Shown here piece after piece: positions 34,150-51,959 of a stretch of 64,000 nt of DNA (its first letter is position 1; each line of letters opens with the position of its first letter). Source of the DNA: Azolla caroliniana (taxonomy: Eukaryota; Plantae; Polypodiophyta); the NCBI GenBank assembly GCA_043228905.1, contig JBHGNT010000005.1, forward strand, positions 5,952,001-6,016,000. The letters are read 5' to 3'. The notes under the pieces are model-generated. The model had not been told where the DNA came from. It did not search any database and worked only from the letters and a program-made list of their open reading frames with translations. Both the position numbers and the translations under genes were made by a program.

Positions 34150-36402
34150 TTACGAGAACCCACCCATTCTGTGACTTAAATGCACTCTTGTTGGTTTACA
34201 CTTACCATACGCATCAAAATAATTGTCATCCAAGCACAACGTATGTTCAAATGCCCACTCACCAAAGTTCAGCTTTCCCCATTTCTGAGAAGCAGTTAGT
34301 AGTGTTTGCCACAAAACAAGATTGGGTGAAATGGGCATTCTTTCTATTGCTTCAGCTAATTTCTCTAATTCACCCAAACGTCCAAGAAGATCAATCATGC
34401 AACCATGGTGTTCAATTATCGGAATAATACCATAACGTTTGCTCATAGCCTCAAAGTATGTCAGGCTTGCACTAGATAGACCTCTACGACTGCATGCATT
34501 GAGAACAATAATGAAGGTAATCATATTTGGCTTTATACCTTGACCAAGCATTTCATCGAATATGTGAAATACCTCTTTGCTTTCTCCTAGCTTAGCATAT
34601 CCTGTCATCATTGCTGTCCATGAAACCACATCTCGGACATGAAGCTTGCTAAACATTTGATGTGCTATTGTAAAAGATGCACACTGTGCATACATGTTCA
34701 GCAAGGCATTTCCCACAATATCTATTCTTAATAAACCACGCCTTTCGATTTCAGCATGTAGATTTTGGCCTTTATCTATAGCTCCAATGTTTGTACAAGC
34801 TTTCAAGGCACAAAGGAATGTAACTACATTTGGCGATACACCATCAAGTTCCATCCTTTCAAAATAAGCCAGTGCATCCTCTCCACAATCATAATTGAGA
34901 TGTACTGTGATTAATGAGTTCCATGACACAACATCGCGATCTTGAAGTTGGTTGAACAATTCTTCTGATTCCATATACTGACCGCATTTGCCATACATTT
35001 CCACCAAGGCAGTGCCGATAACACAATCTCTCGTGAGAAGTTCCTTCCGTTCAACTTCAACACGTATTTCTCTTCCTCTTCCCAAGTCTCCAAGGTTTCC
35101 ACATGCTTTCAAGCTGAAGTTATAACTTACAGAGTCAGGTGGCACACCCTCAACTTGCATTTGTTCAAAACAGTTGAGAGCTTCCTCATCAAGCCCATGA
35201 TTATTATATCCTACAATTAGATGGTTCCACGCAACAACATCTCGAACATGAAGCTTATCAAACACTTCTTGTGCTCTAGTAAGCAAACCAAATTTGACAT
35301 ACATCTCAAATAAGGCCGTGCCAACATGAACATCTCTTTCCAATATACTCTTCCTTTCAATTTCAGCATGAATTTTCTGGCCCTTTTCTCTAGCTCCAAT
35401 GTTTCCACATGCTTTCAAACCGAAAACAATGGTGACAGCATCTGGACTAATACCCTCCAATTGCATCTGGTCTAAACATCTTAATGCTTTCTCTGCATTG
35501 CTCATTTTAGAAGAATATACCGATATAAGTGTTGTCCAAGATATGACATCTCTCACCGGAAGCACTTCAAACACCTGTTCCGCCATGGAAAGCATGCCAC
35601 AGTCACAATACATATTTACCAATGCATTACCAACATTTAGATTTGTGTACATAAACCCATTACTTTCAATGTCAACATGGAAATATTTTCCTTTTTCTAC
35701 ATTGCCCACGATACTACAAGCTTTCAGATTACATACAAAAGTGACTTCATTAGGGAAAACCCCTTCAACCTTCATCTGCTGCAACAATTCAAACGATTTG
35801 AAGGGCATACCATTTCCTACATATGCATCAATCATGGTGGTCCAAGAAACAACATCTTGTTTCAGCATCATCATCGAATCAAAAACTTCTTCACATATCT
35901 CAAGCATACCACATTTAGCATACATAGCGATAACTGCACTGCCAACAAAGACATTTTCTCGTAAATATTTCATTCTGACAATATCCTGATGGAGAATGAA
36001 AGCAGACTTAATGTCATTCAGCTTTCCACATGCTTTTAACAAACTAACCATAGTTCGACCTGACGGATGAACATAACAAACATCACTCTGCATTTTGTCC
36101 CAAATATATAATCTTTTGTACAGAGCTAAGGCTTTCTTTGGATTTCTAAATTTGACATAGTCATGGATAAGGGAGTCAAAAGAAAAATTGTTATTACGGT
36201 CTAGCATGTTAAATAGCTTCTGAGTTTTTTGTGTGTTTTCTACGTTACTGGGAGATTGGAAAAGGTGTTTACCAAGTAATTCATGCGATTGTAGACCAAA
36301 TCTCTTCAAGTAGGCATAGAGACACAGTGGATGGCTTTCTCTTCTGCTTTGTTTAATGGTGCAGATGAATAAGAGGACGTGGATGGAAGATTGAGGAAGC
36401 AT
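34150..36402 (-). CDS. PLS-class pentatricopeptide repeat protein (organellar RNA-binding/editing factor) with E-like C-terminus and no DYW in this exon
   Basis: 750-aa ORF with repeated P-L-S triplets (DVVSW..MI..Y, PD.VTF...LKAC, VGNALV.MY.KCG). Terminal EHHGCMIDLLGRLG...W.TLL.A E-domain signature. Confidence 0.93.
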   Translation of the reverse strand: MLPQSSIHVLLFICTIKQSRRESHPLCLYAYLKRFGLQSHELLGKHLFQSPSNVENTQKTQKLFNMLDRNNNFSFDSLIHDYVKFRNPKKALALYKRLYIWDKMQSDVCYVHPSGRTMVSLLKACGKLNDIKSAFILHQDIVRMKYLRENVFVGSAVIAMYAKCGMLEICEEVFDSMMMLKQDVVSWTTMIDAYVGNGMPFKSFELLQQMKVEGVFPNEVTFVCNLKACSIVGNVEKGKYFHVDIESNGFMYTNLNVGNALVNMYCDCGMLSMAEQVFEVLPVRDVISWTTLISVYSSKMSNAEKALRCLDQMQLEGISPDAVTIVFGLKACGNIGAREKGQKIHAEIERKSILERDVHVGTALFEMYVKFGLLTRAQEVFDKLHVRDVVAWNHLIVGYNNHGLDEEALNCFEQMQVEGVPPDSVSYNFSLKACGNLGDLGRGREIRVEVERKELLTRDCVIGTALVEMYGKCGQYMESEELFNQLQDRDVVSWNSLITVHLNYDCGEDALAYFERMELDGVSPNVVTFLCALKACTNIGAIDKGQNLHAEIERRGLLRIDIVGNALLNMYAQCASFTIAHQMFSKLHVRDVVSWTAMMTGYAKLGESKEVFHIFDEMLGQGIKPNMITFIIVLNACSRRGLSSASLTYFEAMSKRYGIIPIIEHHGCMIDLLGRLGELEKLAEAIERMPISPNLVLWQTLLTASQKWGKLNFGEWAFEHTLCLDDNYFDAYGKCKPTRVHLSHRMGGFS

Positions 36403-36959
36403 CTTTCAGCTGCTCTTCTGAATCAAAATTCAATCATCATCATATTCTCCTTCGTCTTCTTCTTCCTCTTCCTCTTCCTCTTCTTCCTCTTCTTCTTGTC
36501 GAACCTTGCATGAACCATACCAAATGATAGGTACACAGGAAATAGCAGACGGAGGTCGGCCATGGAAGCTTGGATCGCTGAGAGAGATCACCATCCAGTT
36601 GAAAAAGGGTCCGCAGGGGGATTCGGATCGATTGCAACAATAAAATCATTCAAGTTAATCATTTCATTAAAATCATTCAACTGTCCGTGACACTTTCTTT
36701 ACTCTGGCCATTCATGTATGGGTCGCCAAAAGGCCACACATTTCATTATTATTCATATAGCACACATATTTATTACCAAACTTAATCATTCACTAAATCA
36801 ACGTATTACTAGTTGGTTTACTAAATTACTCGTGTGAATGGGACACAACATTTTAGAAGTTTCGATCATTCCATGTCCATCCTATTTGCTCGAAGTACCA
36901 ATACATGTGATGATGAACTATTCATCATATCATGTATGCACAACGACAAACCTCTATCC

Positions 36960-37560
36960 ATGGTTTTGAAGGCTCTGTTGGCCCTATTCACTATTATGAA
37001 GGCTTTTTGACCTTGTGCACTCATAGAGTTTCCTCAAGTCAAGCAACAAACATCATGCATGCTCCTAATTCGTAAAACCAAATCATATGAACTTGAGGAA
37101 AGAGCTGTTGAGTACATGTTAAGGTTACAAACGTCAAATGAACTTCCTAGAATTGCAAGGGAAACAAGTCAAAAGATACTACATTTGTTTCATGATATAT
37201 CAATAGATTCCTCTGTAAATAAGGCTATTTGTAACTCCAGTGTATCAAAGTGTAGGATGGTCATGTTGGATGCGTTATACTACGTACATTGCACCAAACT
37301 ACCAAATCATATTTTGCAAACAAATGAAAAAACACTCATACAACACATGTTAGAGCCCATTCTTTTCCTCCTTCCACACCATTGCATCCTTATGATTTAG
37401 CTCAGTCTTTTGATACAATGCTCTACCTCTAATCACATTCAAGTATACTTTCTACACGTTGCAAATCAGGTCTACTCCCTATATACACTCCTCTACTGCA
37501 ACATTCATTTTAAACCCTTGAACATCAAGAGTCGATACTCAATTCCACATAATATATGAA
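36960..37560 (-). pseudogene. Probable decayed non-LTR (RTE-like) retroelement remnant
   Basis: Only weak, stop-riddled similarity (KY(L)G-like at ~37440). Confidence 0.25.
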
Positions 37561-38295
37561 AATGCTTTGGTCCCACAGGTCATATTTGGCCTCCAAAGAC
37601 AATAATAAAATCTCTCTAAAACAATCATAGAGACATTGAACAACACAAACAGACCACATAGATATGGTTCTTAAAGGGCAACATTTGTATTTACTACTTG
37701 ATCAACATAAAGTTGTCATTCTTTAAAAACTAACTGGGAGATCTTTTACATCCAAATTATTCCAGAATCATTTGACCATGTGGAATGTCAAACAACATGT
37801 CAATTGACATGCTTATACTCCAGAGATCATAACTATCACCATTAGATATCAATGACTCGTTAAAATCATATATGTAATTGTATGATTTAATATCGGCATC
37901 AAAACAACTTAGTGGAGATAGGAAATTACTGCCAGCATTTCCTATATCTGTTATTTAAGTTATAAATTGGACGGATGGCTAGACACAACTGCTTATTACA
38001 CTGAACCACCATACTTTTAAAATGATTGAAAAAATAAAAGACTAATATCTATGATGATTAATGTGCTCATCCATGCATGAAGCAATTTATTTACTCTAGT
38101 AAAGGATAAACCCTAGGCTAAGGGTTCTACGGAGGAGCAAATTTTCACAACATTCCTCCATGATCAATCATTAGTCATTTCTATAAGAATACAAATAATC
38201 AATTTGATGAATACTATAATAACGTTACATGATAATGGGTCAATGTGACCCCAAAGTGGTAGATTGTGATGATGGATTTATCAAGTATGACGAGG

Positions 38296-44150
<5,855 letters not shown>

Positions 44151-44156
44151 GTCCCA

Positions 44157-44312
44157 GGAAGGAATGGAATTGAATGGAATTGAATGGAATGGGATGATAC
44201 TGAATGGAATGGAATGGAATGGAATGAGATGGTACTGAATGGAATCGAATCGAATCGAATGGTACTGAATGGAATGGAATTGAATAATGGAATAATTTGG
44301 ATGGAATGGAAT
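44157..44312. repeat. (GGAAT)n/(GAATC)n pentanucleotide satellite directly 5' of the ADCS start codon
   Basis: About 30 degenerate GGAAT-type units, directly visible. Confidence 0.9.
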
Positions 44313-46599
44313 GCAAAGGACGCCAAGTAAAGAAATCTTGCGGTTTTAAGATCCACTCTTTGTGTGAATGCCTCCTGTTTCCATCAGTCTTAGTTTGAGG
44401 GTGTTAGGTCTCTCTCTCTCTCTGTCTGCCTTTCTTCATAAATAGTATAAATAGTAATAATGTATTAACCCTAGCAAACTCACAATAACAATGGTGTTAT
44501 GTATGTACATATATGATAAATCTTTGTCCTCTCATATGTTGGGATGGTTGGGACATCAACATTTGTCTTTAACTTAATTGCCTATAGTCCTTTGTTGTAC
44601 CGATGAGCTAGGAATTTGTTGACACAATTCGCATTGTGGCTAGGCCACCATCATATTCATCATGTGATATTGTAGTATGATTTGCTACATTGTGACACGT
44701 TGTATTATGCTCTCAAATTCTTATGTGTCTATGGTCATATTATGTTTTTTTTAGTTATATTATGTATCTTCGATTCATATCCATGGATGGAAGTTGGAAC
44801 CATTTTTGTATGTGATTGTGACCGGTTTCGTTGGGCTTATGACATGTTTTGAGTTCCTTTATGATGTACCACTAATTTTGAGGGCAAATCAAAAAAATCT
44901 CGAGACGAGGGATCAATTGGTGTATCCACGTACCACGACTCTAAATTTTAGCACAAATTATAAGAGAAATGATAAATTACGAGAAAGAAATTCACAAATG
45001 GGGTTACATGGCACTAAGACGTTGTAGATTCGATCAAGATTCTCACGATGAGGATATGCAATGTGGTTGACATGTCATCTGCAACCAATGCTTTACGTTA
45101 GAGATTGGCATGTGAGTCAAGCATATATGGAGATGGTGACGTTGTCATAGATGCCGATGAGCATCCCATGAGTTTCAACAATTGGTACCATGATTGACTA
45201 ATGGATATAAACTATCATTGTTGCTAAACAAACTCACACCACCTACTTTGCTCATCCTACCTATTGCTAGCACCATTATACCTTTCATCACTTCGTAATG
45301 ATCCCACTTCCACTTGTGTTAGGACAAAGTGAGAGTTTGGAGGTAGGAGATGTGAAAATGAGAATGTTTTGAGGAACTTCAATAAGTTATTAAACTACTA
45401 ATCATAGGCCTTGTATTCAAGGCTTGACTTTTACTAGATGCGACAATTGAACATTGGGGTCTCTCTTTATGCCCATCCTATAGATTATAATTCATCTTCC
45501 ATGGCATTAAAAGACAACCATTTATTGCACCATTGTCAACAAAAATATACCCTAATAGAAAAATACGTCATAACATACATTTCAATGATGGGGAATAATG
45601 TGATGACTATGGTTGTTTGAGCATGAAAGCTTAGGCGGGTCAATATGTTGGTCCCATGTGTGAAAGCTACTCCATGGTGAAGATGACTAATTTGGAATGT
45701 TAGGGAGAGTGTTGGTATCATGTTTTGTGTGGTTTGTATCACAAAATCTTCAAACCTCTCCCCTTCATGTTTCTTCTCAATTTCTACAATTGTGCAGAGA
45801 GCATGAAGGATAAAATGCATAAAAAAAAGTAACATGATCCAGCTCTAAACTCATCATTTTAGCATGCTTCCACCATGACAACTTTCATCTAAAGAAGAGA
45901 AACTAGTATATAACTAGTGTTTATGGCTAGAAATGTGATCATCACATTTGCTACGTTATCATGGTTGCTGCATGTTTACTAGTATCATGCAAAATACGTT
46001 TGGGGCTTAGATTTATAGGAATGATGTGATCCCTACGCACAACAAGTATTATTCCGCTATGTGGATGTGAAGAAGCTTCACCAAGATATCAAACACCAAA
46101 AGTCAAGATTACACATTTTACAAGGTATATTGCATATGCACATACAATATGTAATAGTGATCACAAGTGCACATATAATTTGAGTAGTGAAACATCATAT
46201 TCATATCAAGGTTAGGGCTATGGTTGTAGCATGAGGATGTGATCTATTTGTTGTCTTTACCGACATACAAATAGATATCACTAGCAAACAAGTCCCGCCA
46301 AAAAACTCACGTTGCACCAACATACATCTTATTTCAAGTGGATAATGTTTTATGGACTAAAGCTATTATATCATGACATGGGAAAGGTTAAGGGATATGT
46401 GTGTAACCACGTTAATGACTCAAATGTATGGTTAACAAATGGGTTGGCAAGTTCTAATGCATCTTGTTGTGGTAGTTGAATGGAACTAAATACACATCTC
46501 TCTTGAGTGATGTTGCACATAAGGAAAATACAGTTAAGCTCCATGTAAGATAAGGACCCCATCATGAGAATGTCCTTGCATGAATATACATATGCTTAA

Positions 46600-47960
46600 T
46601 GTGTCTTAAAAGCTTATCTAAAACATATTTTCAAAGCACTTGATCAAAACAACACATGATTTTGCATCTACATCATATTAAAGGTTCTTTATGTAGAATA
46701 CCCAAATCCTTTGTGCCTTCCCACAATTTGAGGGGAACTACGCACTAGGTATGTTTTTGCTAACCTTCAACCACACGCACTTGCAACTATATTTATTGAA
46801 ATACATATATGGGGAGATTAAGTTACTCTTCTCATAGCAATAATATTATGAAGTTAGTGGTTATGAGCGTTATGGAATTCAAATTTGTGATAATCTGGAT
46901 CCATCCTAAATTTAATGATCAACAAATATTCTTTCTCCATTCTTACTCTATCTTTGTGGGTATAATGTGTTATGGTTCCTGTCACCTAATTTAGTGAGTT
47001 CTATGAAGAGTACATAATATTAAGGTTAAATGTCATTGAGAAAAACATTTTCAGTGCATAGTCTAAAAGTAATATCGAAACAATGGATCAAAAATATGAA
47101 GTGTCACTTTTAAATGTGAACTCGAGTTTACTTGTGTCTTAGAAATTTAAAGATTTCGATTGGAATATGTATATAGCTCATCCGTGTCACTTTTAAGTAA
47201 CTTTGTTTGTACTAATGAAAAACATGATTTCATTTTACAATTTTCCTAAAATAAAGAGAATTAAAGGGTATGATCAATTTCAAAGAGACCATATAAATTC
47301 TCACATGCATCAAACTATGCTTCGTCGTTACATTGAGGCTAATACAATATACTTGTGTGATGCGTTAGCATTCTCGAACAAGCAAGTGATTGCATTTAGG
47401 AAACATGATCCTTTATCGCGTACTAACTCTAATGGACAATCAAAGTGCACAATTATGTTCCACACAAAAATTGGGTTGTGTCTCACTGTCTTGTGCATCA
47501 CTCTTTTAGCAAGCTTTGACTTTAGCCCACTTTGTGCAATATTCCACGGTAGTAATGATGTCATGATTTTGATTAAATGTTGTGTTGGTTGGTCAAAGGA
47601 AATCTATTCCCCATTTCTCGAATGCCTGGCAAGCTATGACTTGTTATAGGAGGTTCTTATCAACCTTTAATGGGTGTTTATCGCATTTACACTCATGAAA
47701 ATGTTTGTGTATTTGTAAATGTCTTCGAAATGCATCAATCACCTCAAGTTGGGTTGGAGATAATGAATTGAGATTCCTTGAAGGGGCCAACACAAGTACT
47801 CATACCTTCGAGGGACACTTTCCAATTATCACTATCGAGTCTCAAGGGGTCACCTTTCTCACAATGGGTTAATTGAAATTTTGGTAGATGTCACTCCCCA
47901 ATGGCAAAGACTACAATGTACACCATACATCAAGACATAAAATTACTTATTTCTCCACTC
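46600..47960 (-). pseudogene. Decayed Ty3/gypsy integrase remnant
   Basis: FVWNIIVHFDCPLELVRDKGSCFLN is a decayed F.E.I..RFG.PLE.VSD.G..F.N integrase core. Confidence 0.6.
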
Positions 47961-48090
47961 CATGCCACGGTGGAAGCTTGAAAGCCTTCTTAATTTGTTA
48001 ACTTAAATTAAACACAAATATAATCACTACATTATTTAAGAATCATGTTTATCTTTATTAATATATATTTACCACATAAGAAACATATAA

Positions 48091-48338
48091 GGGAAAAGTA
48101 CAAGGATACCCCTGGAAGTTTGTCTATATTACCAGAATGCCCCTGGAAGTTCCAAATTTACCAAACTACCCTTATGTCCAAAAAATACACTTTATAAAGT
48201 AATTATACACTCAAATCTTTGGTAAATAGGGCTAGTTCAGGTCCATTTCTTCCATCTTTGGTAAATAGGGCTTGTAGATTTGAGTGTATAATTACTTTAT
48301 AAAGTGTAATTTTTTGGACATAGGGGTAGTTTGGTAAA
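48091..48338. mobile_element. Mutator-like MITE/foldback with long TIRs (right arm truncated)
   Basis: Starts GGGAAAAGTAC. 48156-48218 is inverted at 48276-48338. The central spacer holds two TCTTTGGTAAATAGGGCT copies. The complete right arm is found at 9857-9980. Confidence 0.75.
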
Positions 48339-50965
48339 CCATATATAACAACATTTGGTGACCTACATAAAAAAGGGAGTGATATGGTGGTTATATAGTG
48401 TCTAAAAATTGTGCCTAAGCTTCTTTTTTCTTGTGGAGTAGTTTCGTTTTGGTTGGGTTAAGTTGATGACTAGAGAATGTGATAGTTGAAATTTCTATCT
48501 CGAACTTGACCAAATACCATGCCAACCACAAAGATAGATGTGTAGGTGTGAATACAATACTTTTTATCTCAACCTAATGACCCAATGCTTGTTTCTCTCT
48601 CGAGGCATTCTCTCATTAATTCAAAGAAATTTGTGCAACTATTAGCCCACTTAAATTCATTACATGGTCCATAAATTGACCAGTGTGTTGGCATAAGTTA
48701 CTTCCATTGAGCGTACGTCTTCATTTCAATGGTCGAGATCATATGTCGAGGCCAAACTATCACATAAAATCTTTATGGTGAATAAGAAGAGAGTGCTCAT
48801 TGGGCATTCTCAAGCTACAAACCTTGTAAACCAAAACTTAGTGAACTCTCATTCTCCTAGCTCGTTTATTGTTCCTAACTAAGAAACTAAATGTAGCCTT
48901 AATGTTATGTATACCATATATACACTAACAAGAACAAAACCACACTTAGTAAGTTAAGACACTACATAACAAATACAAAGAGATCAATGTTTGGCTCTCA
49001 GTACTTAACACCTAATATTGTTAGAGTATGAGAGAGACTCCTCTAGCATAATTGAAACCCGGGAGCTTTTTGATGAATTATTGTTGGTTGGAGGTGTGGT
49101 ACAATGGACTTCCATGTTATTGGGCTAAACTAAGCACAATAAGAACGAGTATGCTACACAACTCTATCCTCAAATACTTGTGCAAGGTCTCTTACCTAAT
49201 ATGATGACATTTTCTGGTATGAAAGCAAGTGGCAACATGGGAGATTTGGTAGTACATATTGAAATGAAATTAGATTTTGAGATGGATCTCAGTTAAATGA
49301 AGGATCCATGGCTAGTAGTAGCCATTGTCTTACACAAGACAGGCTTGGGAAGGATAGTCACTTCCTTTCCATCTATTTTGTAGGTTGTAGCTTTTATGCC
49401 TTTTTTAAAACTAATGGAAGGATATTTTGTTTTGAAAAAACATAGATCTAAAGGGAGATAAAGTTCAAGGAGAACTAAAAGGTTATGAAGTGACCTTTAT
49501 AATCCTTTACAAAAGTATGGGCCCCTTTCACATGGTTATTTAGTTTATACAAACGTTGCTCACATTAGTAAAAGGAGGACACACCCTCCAATACTAATTT
49601 AAATGACAGTAACAACTATATAAGCAAGTTCATACCCTATATTTACGAGGTTGGTTGATGCTTGCAACCGCATTGAAAGGTTCAAAGTTCAAACATAGCG
49701 CACGCGTCTATGAGCCAAATTGGTATTTTGGTCTCACATCAAAAGACAATGTTGGACCCTAATTTTGTACACTTTTGGATGAAGTTTACTAGCTTCACAA
49801 AATGAGGAGCGAGGTGTAATTGAATAACCCAACTATTCTCTCCAAAACAATATGCAAAAGCCACGATTCAAGATTGCATACATTGAACAAATGGCCTCTA
49901 TAATAGGTGCAACGAAGGTGATACAATGACATATGAAAATTTAAATAATGAATCGTTCCATTCAAAATTGCATAACCCCACCCAACAAAACTTCCTAATC
50001 CCTAGTTAATGTCAAACCTTCAAGTATGAATGTATGATTGTTATGAGGTTTGACGACTCAATGAAGAGGTTGCAGACACCTACCAAGCCGACCACGAAAG
50101 TCGGGGTATATTTTTGTACTTTTTGAAGATCCCTTCTCTTTAGTTTATGTGTGTGCATGTATTTTGTTTATGTTTGATGTGACCATGAGTGTGTGAACGA
50201 ATCTCAATATAAATATGAGTTTGTTATGCACTTATAGGTGTGAATCTATGCACAAAATTGTGTGTATATTGTGTTAAGTACTTGTATATAGCACAACCCA
50301 TGAAGACATTGACATCAACATTCGTACTAAAAACTAAGTGTAGGATCGAGAAAATGAGGATAAAACAAAGTTGGTTCTAGAGCTTTAGGCCTAATGGTCA
50401 ATGGTCACCCCAATGTTAAAAGAGACAACCTTTTTGTCGGTGAGCTATAATTGTCACGTTTGTGTGTTTTCTTCTTCTTGAATTCTTAGTCTTAAACCCC
50501 TTTTTCAATCCAAGCAAGATCTCTCTCTCTCTCTCTCTCTCTCTCATATTTTGTATAAGTCGAGTGCTTAGTGTTAAGCGCTACTTAGCCAAACACCAAT
50601 CAATCCTTTTTATTCTATATATTGTGTGCATATTATGTATGTTTATTATTTAAGTGTTTAATCTCTTTGTTGGTGTTTAGTACCTCATGTATCTAGCATT
50701 AGTACCTATTAAGGTATTAACTAGCTCTTCAGCGAGATACTTAGCACATCTATGAGATACAAGTGAGGGTTTGCGGGTTAGGGTTATTGAAGTTAGTGGC
50801 TTGAGAGTGTTTAAAGCACTTTCACTCAATTGGCCACCAATAGGGTATATGGTGGTCCAAACCCCTCAACATACTATTTTGGCAAAGAGAGAGAACTCCG
50901 ACTAAAACGAATATGTATACTTGGTGCAATATATATATATATGTATATATGTATGTATGTATGTA

Positions 50966-51016
<51 letters not shown>

Positions 51017-51959
51017 CAATATGTGTTTTCTTTTAAGTGTGTACGTGTGTGCGTGCACGCATTCACACAAACATTGACATAAATAATATAATGGGGTTGT
51101 GTGTATGTATTCTCATGTGTATGTGCATGTAATGGTAGAAATAAGTGTGTTTGCATATGATTATGTTTATATCATATATGTGCGAGTGGGTGTGTTTGGA
51201 TACGAATATGTGAGTAGACATGTGTGCATGATTATAATCGTAGTTGTGCAATGTGTGTATGTGATAGTTTATGTGTGTCTATATGTGAGTGTACCAAATT
51301 TGGTCCTTTACTTTGAATCCATCAAGCACATGGTCTATAATTCTTCCCGAAACAAGTAATTTCAAGTTGGGAGGTCGATTATAATTGAATCTCTATGATG
51401 GTCATAGATCTCGTAATTATAATAAGTTTCAATGAAAATAAATCCAAATCTATGCTAATTTTACTATATTTGAACTTTTGATATTTTACAATATAATAAC
51501 TCTTACCATGAGAACTCGGTTCAGAATATATATTTGAACCCATTTATATTGTAATGTGCAAGATTGAAGTGAGGAAATATTAGCATTAGATGAAATTTGG
51601 GGGGGTATCGTTGAGTTTCAACATGGCTAGCCAATGATCGACAACAAAATTGTCTTCGTTATCATAAGCCTCCCACGCACCTTCGTGATCCCATTTGTTG
51701 CAAAGTAGGGCTTGATTCCCAAAACTTGAGAACTTGACTATGAGCTCTATTACCTATCATTTGGGAGATCTCTTGTTATATAAAAATAGTAATATCACCT
51801 TTCACCCATTCACTGCATGCTCTTCCCTTTTGAACATGCACTTGTTCTTATCCTTGTATTGGTGCTTGGTTTCAATAAAAAGCATGTGAACATATTCACG
51901 TTTAATGTTGCATATTTTTTTATCATCATTGGTACACATGGTGGGCTCCTGCTCACGGC

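Noticed and set aside
48450-49450. Possible decayed RNase H/RT remnant
   Set aside because: No motif clear enough to support.
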